Of a stretch of 64,000 bases of DNA, positions 39,185 to 51,415 are shown in pieces. This DNA comes from Raja brachyura (lineage: Eukaryota), in NCBI GenBank assembly GCA_963514005.1, contig OY740814.1, positions 17,794,001 to 17,858,000 of the forward strand, read 5' to 3'. The notes under the pieces were generated by a model. That model had not been told where the DNA came from. It searched no databases and saw only the letters and a program-made list of their open reading frames with translations. Position 1 is the first letter of the stretch; every line of letters begins with the position of its first letter. The position numbers and the translations under genes are program-made.

Positions 39185-40459
39185 TAAGTATGAGGTAAGC
39201 ACTTATTGAAAGGTTTAAACTAGTTGGCACAGTTACTGCATGTAGCAGTGGGAGAATTTGCAAAATAAGGTCGAAAAATGACGGCACCTTGGTCCATGAC
39301 TGACCAGATGAAGTGTTTTCTCTCTATTTCACATGCCATTTTATCTTTTGTCTCCAATTGCTGTGTTCTGGATATTTACATCTACCTGCAATGATACTGT
39401 TATATTTGTGCATCAATATTTATTAATTAAACCAAGTACAGGCAGGCTTAGAAGATTTCACTGGCAAGATATATATAAAATAATAGAAAGTCAAAGCGAG
39501 TAGATTCAAGCTTGGGTCTCAGAAAGCTATTGGAGGTAAGAGAAAGTGACAGGTTTGAGATGAGGGAAAAAATGGATTACAATTGGCCAATTTCAATATT
39601 AATTTCAACACAACCTGTATGTAAAGAATGCCTAGGTTCTTAGTAACCCTAACCTTTGACCAATTGCTGGAGCCACATCCAACTATTTGATTTATTCCCA
39701 TTATTGTATAAACCTCAACTTAACTATTTCTACACTAGTACACTAAGGAAATGCCATGGGGAAGTGGCAATTCTTGGCAACATTAGATAATTAATATCAC
39801 TTCCTCAGGATTCCAGTATCTCACCCAAGTGTCACTTCTTCACGCGTGTGAAATACATGAACATATGGGAAGCATTTCATCATCACAACCTCATTTTATA
39901 TGTGCTGTGCAGGGATCAGCAAGTGCCAATTATACTAATGATATTTGCCCAACTTCAGCCCAGAGGTTGAAGTTGGTTGATTGTTTGATCAGTTTATCTC
40001 AAATCAAATTCTTTACATTTTCCACTCTACCCATTTTTGAATTATTTCAATGCTTCCTATAAACCCCTTTTATTTCCTTTATTTGCATGGTGTTTTTGCC
40101 TTTTGCGATGTGCTCAGTTGCTTTTAACTTGTTAGTGTATATTTTCATAAATGTATTATATTAGAGGGTGTCCTACTGCATTGGATAGGGACATTTTCAC
40201 ACACATTTGAGTTCCTCAGTACTGATTTTTTTTTTTTGCCAATTGGATATGTTCTTTATCCCCTCAATTAGTTATATAATAGTGGATGGGTGGATGTGAA
40301 ATGTTTTTTCCTCTCTCCGCTGCTGTTTCAATTACAGGGAAATTTGACTGGAAAGTAAATGGGATGGGACTTTGTGTTACAATGGAAAACAAATCACTGA
40401 TTAATATATGTTAAGTCCAAGTCAATGTGTAAGCCACAGAGTTGTAAAAGATCAAGAGA

Positions 40460-40605
40460 GAGACACACAAGAAACTGCAGATGCTGGAATCTTGAGCAAA
40501 ACAAAGTCCTGGAGGAACTCCCAGACTCCTAAGAAGACCCAAAACATCACCTGCCCATCCCCTCCACATATGTTGCCTGACCAACTTGGGTCCTCTAGCA
40601 CTGTG
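40460..40605. mobile_element. Penelope-like terminal remnant
   Basis: aactgcagatgctgg...ctggaggaactc...gacccaaaacatcacc...tgcctgacc. Confidence 0.5.
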
Positions 40606-41709
40606 ATGTTAGAAAATATAAAGTTACCTACCTGGAATACCTTGATTCTGTTACAATCTAAATTAACAAGATGAACCCCCACATAGTACTTGCGTAGTTG
40701 CTGTAGGTAAATGCCTCCTTTGGATGAGGATTTAAACTAAGGGCTGCTTAGACCAAGTTGCTGAGCTATTGTTCCTCAATTAATTCAAAAGCAGAATGAG
40801 TGATCATTATCACCATAGCTGCTTGAGGAAATGTGTATATTTTTCCAATGCATGTTAAATTTAGCAATGATTAGACATGCAGAACACATTTAGGTTTGAG
40901 AGGTGTACATGTTAAACATGCAGACTGAGCTACTCTTACCTTTCATTAGAGCATTCCTTCATCTCAAAACAGCAGCACTATGGCAGATATGAGATAGTAA
41001 AGCAAGCCTTTGAAGAACACCCATTGCTGATCATTTGGTGGAGAATGTCATGCTTCTCTTACAAGCCGATAAGTCAAGCCCATGTTGAGGCTGCTCGAGG
41101 ACTGGAGCTATGGTGTGTGGTAAGCACCAATGGTGATGCGTTTGGGTAACCCTCCCAGCCATCTCCGGGGTTGGTGGACAGCTGCTCTCAATTCCACATC
41201 TCCCTACAAACATGCTTGGGGTAACAACAGCTGGTCTCAATTCCACACCTATTCACAAACCTGCTTGATCCTGGTCACAGACATTTCCATGTGGTTTCCT
41301 ATAGCAGCAAATAACACTTTTGGAGGAAAATGTAAAGCATGGTTACGTTCAGTTTTAGGTAGAAAATTGTAATAACTGACCTTTGTGTATACTTTTAAAA
41401 TAGCACTTGTACAACATTTATATTTTTTAAATTACATGCGGGAACAATGTTAGAATAGTCTGCTCAGGATTTCCTGGAATTAGTGTCATAGGAATTCCCA
41501 TCTACAAACTGGAGAAACAATTATGGAGGGCATATTCACCAAGATGATGACTAGTTCCATAATGAGCTAAATAGTTAAGCTTAGGCCAATTTCATCTCTA
41601 GCCTTCAATCTTTTAAAAATCTCAAACAAATTCATAATGCAGGTTTGTCTTACATGTCAACAATAGCGATACATGTATCTTACTGGAGATCCAAACCCAC
41701 GCAACATAT

Positions 41710-41990
41710 TTAGTTTGGAGATACAGCCGATTAGCCCAGTGAGTCTGTGCCAACCAAAGATCACCTGTACACTAGTTCTATGTTATCCCAGTTCTGCATC
41801 CGACACGAGGCAGTTTACAGAAGCCAATTAACCTACAAACCTGCACTTCGTGGAATGTGGAAGGAAACCGCAGAGAAAACCCACTCAGTCACAGGGAGAA
41901 AATATAAACTTTGTATTGACAGCACCCATAGTCGGAATCAAACCCGGGTCTGGCGCTGTAAGGCAGCAACTCTGCCACTGCGCCGCCCCA
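41710..41990 (-). mobile_element. HE1/V-SINE
   Basis: Reverse-strand SINE ending tggcgctgtaaggcagcaactctgccactgcgcc. Confidence 0.75.
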
Positions 41991-42221
41991 CTTTGTTGAG
42001 GGAAATTGTTACACACCTGGTTCACTGAGGCTCAAGTTACATGAGATCCATTTTTAAAAAAAACCTAGATGGAGTGTAACCTATTTTCCTTTCCTGAAGC
42101 CTGTTTGTTGATATCTAAATCTAATCTAGCAACAGGTTTTAAAAAGTGAGTGCCAACCAGGGCAAAGCACTGATGAGCACATTATACCTGTACAGAAATA
42201 TCTATCCTAACTTTATAACAT

Positions 42222-42480
42222 ACAACAGTACAGCACAAGAACAGGCCCTTCAGCCCACAATGTCTGTGTTGACCATACTGCCAGTTTAAACTGAACATCT
42301 GTCTGCATCTCTGATTTCCCTGCCTGCTAATGTGTCTGTTTAAAACTTCAAATGTTGCTGTCCTATCTGTTTCCACCGTATCCCCTTGCAGGACATTCCA
42401 GACTTCTACCCCTCTATGTAAAAAAAGTCATGTAAAACTCCTTGAAATGTCTCCTTCTCATCTTAAAGCTATGTCCATCT
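42222..42480 (-). mobile_element. CR1 LINE 3' fragment
   Basis: acagcacaagaacaggcccttcagcccaca... Confidence 0.6.
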
Positions 42481-44689
42481 AATAATCAATTAACTGGAAT
42501 CATTTATTTTAAAGACTTGTTCAGAGGCACTAGCAAAGCTCACATTTAATTGTCCAGCCTCAATTGTTTAAAAAAAAATGGTTTCCTGTGTCATTTTAGA
42601 AGGTAGGCAATAGCTAACCATGTGTGTGGGTCCAGAATCCAGGGTCAAAACTGGACAAGACCAGAAGATTTCTTCCTTGGGAACCAGGTGGGGAAGAACT
42701 GCAGCTACCTTATATATATTAACAGATCCAGACATCACTGAAGTCTATTAGTGTCATTATAACTATTTCCATGGCAGGTTATTATTCCAGTACTTATGAA
42801 GAGTTCAACTTATCCAGAATTATTTTCTGTTAATTTAATTTCAAAATGGTTTGGTCAGTGTACCAGATTTAGAGATCCGAGCAGATCTTCCAGTCTGCGT
42901 CCTGGAACAAGCAGCTTATTCCATCAAGCTCCAGAGTACACTCTTCCACTATGAGGTAGATCCCCAACATCAGCCTCTCCCTCTGCAAATGACCAGCTGT
43001 AGTGCAAGAATGGCATTGACAGCATTGAGACCCAATCCTTTGGCTGTCAAACCTGCTGTTTTTAATTGAACATTTGTACATGACTGACATCCACAAGCAC
43101 TCAACAATTAAAAATTGATCAAATTAAATGTTTTAATAGTAAAATATGAAATATTTAAAGAAAGATGTTTTTCCTAATTTAGTTATGTATTTTTTTTCCA
43201 TTGATTATAATGTGGTCAAATTGTTTACCCTGGCATGAATGATTAGTGTTGGATTTCCTGGCCTGCGAGTTGTTAAAATTATGGAAATCCAAGCTTCCCT
43301 ATTGGATTCCACAAAGTTACAAACTGACAATATAAGTCTGCATGAAATGTAGGGTACAGCCTGTGCTCGGTTATGGGTATACCCACTAGATCCAGGCAAA
43401 TCAGCCCTGTTATTTGATTCTATTCCATTCTTCCTTTGGATTGCTGTTATTCTGCTGAGCTTAAGACATGGAGGCGAATGGTCGCGTTGACGTTGCAAGT
43501 TCAAGTTCACATTTATTGCCACATGCACCAATTAAGGTATAGTGGAATTTGATTTTCCATGCAGCGTTCAATTGCTACCTACAGTGCACAGAAGCAGCTG
43601 CTGGCTTCACCTTGCATACAGTCAAGAGTTGAAAACCATGGCAGAGATTTATTTTAAAAGAAATGCATAGTGAAAAGAATTGGTAGCTGTTCTGTACTTA
43701 CCCCTTCAATACAAAAAAAAATCTCTTGCAGAATTAGTCCAAGCTGCGACTGAAGAAATGAATATTGCACATTGACATGTTAACATCTTTACCTCCAGCA
43801 AGTGATAAGCATTGAGTAGCACTTTTGTATACTGCAGATTGAAAAACTGGTTATCTAGCCCCAGTCCAGCTGCTCATCCATGCTCTCAAAAAAGGATATT
43901 ACTAAATTAGCTAATCAAGGCACATTTCATTTTATCATACATTGTTAATTGTCTACGGGCAAATTTAAGGTATGCTGCCGTTCTTGATCAGAGTCAAGTC
44001 TCAAAGTAGTGAAACCAGATGAGCATTTCACCTCAAACATGTTTCATAACATCAGAAAATTCTCTCTCCCAAGGTTTGTGAAAGACAATGTACCATACCA
44101 GTTCAGAAGTATTAATAAAAGGGAATCATTTTTTGTCAATAGATTAAAGCAACGCTTTGAAGTTTTTATATCAGCATTTAAACAAGCATTCAAGTCCAAC
44201 TTTTGGTCTTGTCAGAAAAATGGCAGTCCTCTCGCAAGCAAGCAGTGCAGTGCACCATGGCCTTAAGTAGCTCTCCACAGCAGCATCTGTGATGCTTACA
44301 ACAGTGGAATAGTCAAAATAAAGCTGACCCATGGTGATGTTTTCTTTCCTATTTAATGAAATACAAGTTCTTAAGACATACTTTCACTAATGATTGGCCT
44401 GTAAAACTAAAGCCAGTGGAATACCAGTACTGCTTGCTCTCTACTGAGACATGGATGCTGTTTAGATTGACTACCCTGTAACCTGCATGAACATTTTACC
44501 AAGTTCTGTAGGGGTACCTCGTTTCTCTCCAAGGAGCATTAAGCTATTTAGTTCCAGCAGAAAATGCTGTATAACTAACATTTTAACTAAAAAAAGGTGC
44601 TTTCTTGTACTTTAGTGTTTTTTAAATTCTATTTTAAAGTGTTTGGAAATGGCCAAAAGTTCTTCATTTATATAAATGTTTCAAATGTT

Positions 44690-44695
44690 ATTAAA
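44690..44695 (+). promoter_or_regulatory. Candidate distal SMAD3 polyadenylation signal (ATTAAA)
   Basis: Ends an AT-rich, repeat-free UTR-like block. Alternative AATAAA sites at 38264, ~44114 and ~44317. Confidence 0.35.
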
Positions 44696-45540
44696 GTTCA
44701 TTTTATCATGCCAATGGCAATTGTTTTACTAAACTGATGATTTACTGAAATCATGTCTTCGAAGGGTGGAGACTACTTACAAGTTTCTTACCCTGAAGCA
44801 TGCACTTGTATTCTTCCAGGGATCAGCAGTATGATGCTTTACAGAACCAACTCGTCTTCAAATGCAAGTTTAAACCGTGAAAGCCGAGCCCATGTGACCA
44901 AGTTGTAGTTTTTCACTTTCATATCAAGGTAGTCAAGCCTTTACTAGATTGTTCTCAGAATTGGGACTTTGGTTACCTTGTTCCTTACTCCTCACCAAAC
45001 ACAAATGACAAATTAAGGAAAATTAATCAGGAGCAATAAGATGTTAGTTTAAATCATTTATCCATCATGTCAAAACATCTCTCAATCTTCTTTGTTCAGA
45101 AGACAATATAAAATTCCCCATTACATTAATCTGTTTTAAAACAGTACACCAAGCCACTTTAAAGGACAAAGTCTTGCATTCGTGAAATTGCATCACATTG
45201 CTCAAGGATCCCAAAGTTTTTGAGATAATGAACTACATTACTTATGGATTTATGTTGATAACAGAATTACAAACGTTTATTGTGTGTATTGTTGAAAGGG
45301 GGTTAAATGGGAAGAGCAAGAGTGTGGAGAATTTCAGATGAGATTTTTAAACAAGCCATTGAATGTGAAGTCAATATATGGCAACTAGACTTGCTGAAAG
45401 CAATCAGCTGGGGTATTCAGAATTCGGGCCACGTGATGCTTACCTTTTGAGTATTTGCAAACAAGAGCTGATGATTCAATTTTCTCCTTATCCAGGGTGC
45501 ATGATGAAAAAAAATTCTCAAAACAGGATCACATGCATAG

Positions 45541-45546
45541 TTTATT
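45541..45546 (-). promoter_or_regulatory. Candidate AAGAB polyadenylation signal (AATAAA)
   Basis: tttatt on + about 800 nt past the stop, with a U-rich downstream tract on the - strand. Confidence 0.4.
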
Positions 45547-46341
45547 TAATTCCTATACCAGACAATAAAGGTTACGTTTTTTGATCAGATTAACATTCTG
45601 TTAAATGTTCTCTTGTTTAATTCCAATAGACCATTAATTTGTATGTTATTTTGGTTTGATGAATCATCTTTCTCATCATGGTAAGAGGTGGCAGCTCTTG
45701 AGAAATTGAATATTTTCCAAATTTATACAGCTGGCATCAGCAACAAACATTCCCATGTCATCAGTAACATGGTTCTCTGCAAGACTCCCAAATAAACATG
45801 GTAGCAGAAAACGCAAACACACTTTGCACTTGAACAACACGTAGTCCTCATTTCCATCACCATAATGTCCGTTCCCATGAAAGCTGACAGCTTAATACAC
45901 CACAAGGGGAAGGTCTGTTCTGTGGTTATCTACCCAGGGGGAACGGAATTAGAAGAGCCGAGTAGATTTTCCATAGTACTATTGTGAACAGAAGATGCTA
46001 TCTAACTGGAGTACCATTTCATATAACTAATGTCTAGAACATTAAAATAATGTGTAGCTTAGAAAAGAGTGGGTGAAGGTACACAATACTTCTTCCCATA
46101 GAAGTCTACTTCAGTCAGATGTTTAGTCTAATAAATATGACCAAGATAGAAGGGAAACACAAAAGATCCACGTTTTATCATTCACAATTCAAAACATTCA
46201 CTGGGGGCGCCAGTGTTGGCACTGAAGTTGCATGAAAAGTCTTGGCCCAGTAACACTGTGAATGAAATGTCCTTCAAAAGGCAGCACTTTGGCGGACACA
46301 TAAACATCTTTCATCTGGAAAGCCACAAAATGGTCCAGCTC

Positions 46342-46419
46342 TTAATTATTCTCTTCATCAGAGAGCTCATCAATCTCTTCTCGGTCTCCTCCAATAGCCA
46401 TCCAAAAAGCTTTAGCAAC
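46342..46419 (-). CDS. AAGAB: AAGAB terminal coding exon 10 (78 nt incl. TAA)
   Basis: cag|VAKAFWMAIGGDREEIDELSDEENN*. Confidence 0.93.
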   Translation of the reverse strand, partial: VAKAFWMAIGGDREEIDELSDEENN

Positions 46420-48004
46420 CTGCCAAACAAAATAGGACTATATTTGTGAATAGCAAACAAACCACTTTTATAATCTGCAAACTACTCATCTTCACTGAGC
46501 ACCAGATGAGCGCATGACAGCAATTTGAAGGAAGCAGAGTTAAAAAGGGTTACATATAAATGAGAAGAAACTTGCACAATATACTTTGAAATAAATATAT
46601 TTCTGTGTTAGCATCAGTCAGTAATATTTTTGGTAAGTTTGGCTAAACAGTTCATCTGTTCTGCAACAAATGATCTTAGGTAAAAATCAATATTGCCAGG
46701 TTGTTATGGTGGATGACCATGATAACCTTACTACTTTCAAGTATAATTTTTATTTTATACTTAATTTTGTTATGTTATCGCTTTTACTTGGATGTCAGAA
46801 CTGGGTGCAATACCGAGTAGTGAACTGCGTGCAATTGATAAAGCCTGGATAATTTAATCACGACTTTAAGAAAGTGTCATCGTATCGTATCAACTATATG
46901 CCACTAAATAATTAATTCTTAAAACATTAAGAATTGCTTAATATCATTGAAGACAACACTTGCAATGGTCATGGAAGTTTTAATCTCTTTATCTTTGCAG
47001 AAAATAAGTATAGCTTGATTTGCACCCCACTAGCTGACTGAAACATCCATTCCTCCATAGCTGGTGTTCAGTACAAAATACACTACAGCCATTGGCCTAG
47101 GCCATTCCAACATCTTCTCCTAACTTCCAATTTCTCAATTTGGAAGGGCAGCAGGTGCATTGGTGCACCACCACCTGCAGCTTCACTTCCAAGATGCAGA
47201 CCAACCTGATTTTGAAATATGTCACTGTTCCTTTATTGTCACTGCACATAAACTCAGAAATCTCCCCCCCTGCCACTCCCAGCACTGTGGGAATACATTA
47301 ATCAGACAGATTGTAGCTCTACAAGGCAGCAGCCCACCAACACTCTTGAAGGGCAATTAGGGATGAGCCATAAATTATGGCCTTGCCAGCAATGCCCAGA
47401 TGCTAAAATGCAATATATTAAAAATCATTAAGCCACTAAGAGAACACTTAATTCCATGGAAAGATTTGAGCAGTTATAATATCTTTGCTAGAAAGGGGAA
47501 GATTCAATGATAACCCGGAAAAATATCTTAAAGATTACACAGGGCCACAATGAAGTAACCTAACAAAATGTCTGGAACAAGAGGGTTAATGGACTAAAGA
47601 AATTGAAGATAAATTACAGGGCACAGCATTGAGGTGAAAGTTAGGAAAAATGTGAAAGTGATGAGCAACCTCTGCCTCAAACCAACGTAATGTAGTCAAT
47701 AAATTATTTTCAAGAAAGCAAGATAATTACAACTCAAGAACACACCATTGAACTCAAGAAAAAGTTAGGATGCAGGAAGTGGACAGGAGTGGGATGTATA
47801 CACGTGAGTTTGAAGACAACTTCCCACAGCCCAAATATCCAGTATTAAATTTTGTTTGCAGTGTATAATTATTTAGTCATAATTTAGTCACAACCCCTCA
47901 GGCAATGGATTTCCTAACTGACTCATGAACAATATCACAGGAGAGCTGCTACCTTGTACAAACACCTGGAGTTTTGCCTAAATTAAAAAATAATAATTAC
48001 TCAC

Positions 48005-48054
48005 TTTTTCTGCATGGAGTTTTCTTTGTTCATGAGGTAATGTTGCTGCTTTGT
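48005..48054 (-). CDS. AAGAB: AAGAB coding exon 9 (50 nt)
   Basis: cag|AC...AAA|gtgagt; DKAATLPHEQRKLHAEK. Confidence 0.93.
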
Positions 48055-48279
48055 CTGTCAATTTAAAAACAAAGAGTTACTCATGTTACACAATGAGCTG
48101 GAAGGATTCCCAGACCATTAGTCATATGTCAGCAATGCACACTTAAGCCACAATTCTTCCACTCCTCTTCCAAACACTTTCTCCAAAAAGCACCCAGGAA
48201 CGAGCACTAAATCTTCATGTATTAGGTAGAAACAATGATTTCAACCAAATAAGAAAGAGTGTCATTCAATTAATTTATT

Positions 48280-48552
48280 TTAGTTTACAGAAACAGCCCA
48301 CCGAGTCCGCACCGACCAGCGATCCCCGCACATTAATACTATCCTACGCACACTAGGGAAACTTATACCAAGCCAATTAACCTACAAACATGTACGTCTT
48401 TGGAGTGTGGGAGGAAACCGTAGCTCTCAGAGAAAACCCAAGCGGTCACAGGGATAACATAAACTCTGTACAGACAGCACCTATAGTCAGGATCGAACCC
48501 GGGACACCGGCGATGCAAGCATCATAAGGCAGCAACTCTACCGCTGCGCCAT
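48280..48552 (-). mobile_element. HE1/V-SINE
   Basis: Reverse-strand V-domain tttggagtgtgggaggaaaccg and head ggcagcaactctaccgctgcgcc. Confidence 0.8.
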
Positions 48553-48716
48553 TGTTCAAATCAAAAGCACATATAAAAATATACGTATTTAAATATTTTG
48601 TATAACACACACATTCCAAATTCCTGCTCAAGGAACATAGCTACTGAGAGCATTCTGTTTATCCCAGGATGAGATGAGGCAGATCCCAGTAAGATTAATT
48701 TCAGTACAAAACCCAC

Positions 48717-48821
48717 CTTTCATTTGCTTGAGCTTCTCAAACAAACGCTCAAAGTTTTCACAGTCAACTTCACCTGTGGTGAGAGTAGCAAGTTCTTGGA
48801 TATCCAAATGTAACATTGGAT
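48717..48821 (-). CDS. AAGAB: AAGAB coding exon 8 (105 nt)
   Basis: [35 protein letters not shown]; ag/gt boundaries. Confidence 0.93.
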
Positions 48822-48925
48822 CTGTTAGGCAAAACAAGCATTCAGAACATTAGCCAGATGATAATTTTTTATTTTTTTTATTTTTTAAACAGTACCCCAG
48901 GGAATTGAGATTTGACATTTCATAC

Positions 48926-49010
48926 CTATAACACTGTCTGTCTGAAGAGGTGCCACTCTGTTGGTGTTCTCTGCAAGTGATTCAACGTCAGGCTCTGCAA
49001 GGCTGTGGTA
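48926..49010 (-). CDS. AAGAB: AAGAB coding exon 7 (85 nt, divergent linker)
   Basis: aacag|TAC...ATAG|gtatg; YHSLAEPDVESLAENTNRVAPLQTDSVI; phases fit both neighbours. Confidence 0.75.
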
Positions 49011-50069
49011 CTGTTTAAGACACAATAGTGTTGAATGGTTCATCCAGAAGTATGCATGTAAAATACTGTTTGTCATACAATAGATCATTAATACTGAGCA
49101 TCAGTATTTGACGATAGAAAGTCATACTTAATCAAACAGCAAAGAAACACTATATTCAGCCAAACAGGTCTGTATCTGCATTTACGTTCCACACAATGTT
49201 TTACCCAGCCCATCAGAATATTTTTCATTTCCAATCATGCCTATGTTTGTCATATAATTAAAAAGGTATCCAAGCTATTCAATTCCACTTCTAATATTCT
49301 AACCATTCTTTAGTTCAATAATTTTCATTCATTTATTAATGGCATAACCATGTACACAATTAGACTTCAACACTGGTTTTCACAAGTTTCAGATCATCAC
49401 ACATACATCAGTTTATTAGGATATCGTACACAACCTGTATACTAACATCCTAATAATGCAAAAGCAAGGAACACTCTAGCTGATGCAATATGACTTTGAC
49501 CCATGTCAATGAAAAAACCACAGCAGCAAGTTAAAGGCTCTCTGTTAGCTAATCATTCTCTTCCATAATCCAGGATTTCGAAGGTCAATTTCCAATGAGG
49601 TTGGCCGCATCATGATTGACTGGGAATGGAATTTAGTCTCCTAGAGATTTAATGGCTTAACACTCCAGTCAACACTTCAATGACCTATAGTATACTTACA
49701 AATATTGATTAGCAGAAAATAAATTGTACAATTTTGCAATACAACCTAACGGTTTGGTCCGGTCCACTGAACCATATCAAAGAATCATAGCACAGAAATG
49801 GGCTCTTTCGGCCAACCTTGTTTATGCTGGCCCCGATGCATATCTACCCCAATCCCATTTGCCTCCACTGGACACTTTTCCCAACCAAATACTTGTCCAA
49901 ATATCTCTTAAACATTGTAAATGTGTCTCTACAAAAGGGATAAGAACTGGTAGAGGAGATAAATGAGAACTGAACTCTCAAAATGAACACCAAACCCTGA
50001 ATCTACAATAATGCCTTTTTCTAACAGGCCAAGTGTTTAACCAACACATCAAAACAAAACATTATGGCA

Positions 50070-50228
50070 GATACAAGAAACTGCAGATGCTGCAGTACCT
50101 CAGCAGGTCAAGCAGCATCTCTGGAGGACATGGATAGGCGATGCTTCGGCTCTGGACCCTTCCTCAGACTGGGGACTCCAGAGATGCTGCCTAATCCGCT
50201 GACTTACTCTACAACTTTGTGTTTTACA
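50070..50228. mobile_element. Penelope-like terminal remnant, inverted arrangement
   Basis: gcagcatctctggag ... ctccagagatgctgc; degenerate hammerhead on the - strand. Confidence 0.6.
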
Positions 50229-50624
50229 CAACATCATGGCAACTCTTTTTCCTGCATTTCTCTGGGGAAGCTGATGAATAGACTCATATTGTTCATATGC
50301 ATTAACCCTTCTAGTAATTACACATTTATTATCATCCCCAACACACAAAAAACACATCACCAAGCTTTGAAACTTAACTTATTAGAAAATAAAGGAAGTG
50401 GCTACAAGGCAATCAATTCAAGTCTGGGTTCTGAAACTATTATAGGATGTTGACTGGTGTTTCTACACAGGATTGTAGTTTGCAATAATCCAACAAAGGT
50501 GATTGGGTTTTGCAGTAGATGTTATCTAACTGGATTTTAGTCAGGCATTTGATAAATTGCTAACCCAGAAAATTAAATTGCATGGGATCCACAGTGACTC
50601 GGTTGTTTGGATGCAGATCTGTAA

Positions 50625-50711
50625 TGGGCCTGTCCCACTTCGTCAATTTTTCAGGCGACTGTCAAGAACTCCTGCAGTCGCCTAAAAAGTCGACCAAGTG
50701 GGACAGGCCCA
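50625..50711. mobile_element. PIF/Harbinger-like MITE (87 bp)
   Basis: taa-tgggcctgtcccactt ... aagtgggacaggccca-taa. Confidence 0.8.
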
Positions 50712-51415
50712 TAACTGTGACTTAATCACATAAGTACCAGCATTGCAGTGGAAGGGTGTAAATCAAGCTGGAAGTCTGTGACCAGTGGCATTTTGTAGGT
50801 ATCTGCTGGAACCGGTTGTTTGTGATATATCTAAATGATTTGCACGTAAATGTAGATGGGTTGGAAAGCAACTTTGCAGAACACGCCACAAAATTGGTGT
50901 AGTTGCAGACAGTAAGGAAAGATGTCAAAGGATGTAAAGATTAGTTACAGGGTGGAGAAATGGCAGATGGAGTTTAATCCAAACAAATGTGAGGTGTTGC
51001 ATTTTAGGAGGTTAGATGCAAGGAGAAAGTATATTATTAATGGCTAAACCCTTAACAGCATTGATATATAGGGGGATCTTGGAGTCCAAGATCATTGCTC
51101 CCTGCAAGTCGCAGCATAAGTAAATAAGAGTGATAAAGAAGGCGTACTGTGTGCATGCTTTCATAGGTTGGGGCATTGAGTGCAACAATCAGGAAGTTAT
51201 GTTGCAGCTTTATAACATATTTGGCTGCATTTGGAGTATTGTGTGCCATTCTAGTCAACCCATTATAGGAAGGATGTGTACGTTTTGGAGAGGGTGCAGC
51301 AGAGGTCTACCTGAATGGGGCCTTAATGAGGGTATTATCTATTTGGTGAGGATTAGGACTGGATTGGTTTCTTTGGAGCATTGAAGGCTGAGGGGAAACC
51401 TGATAGAAGCATATT

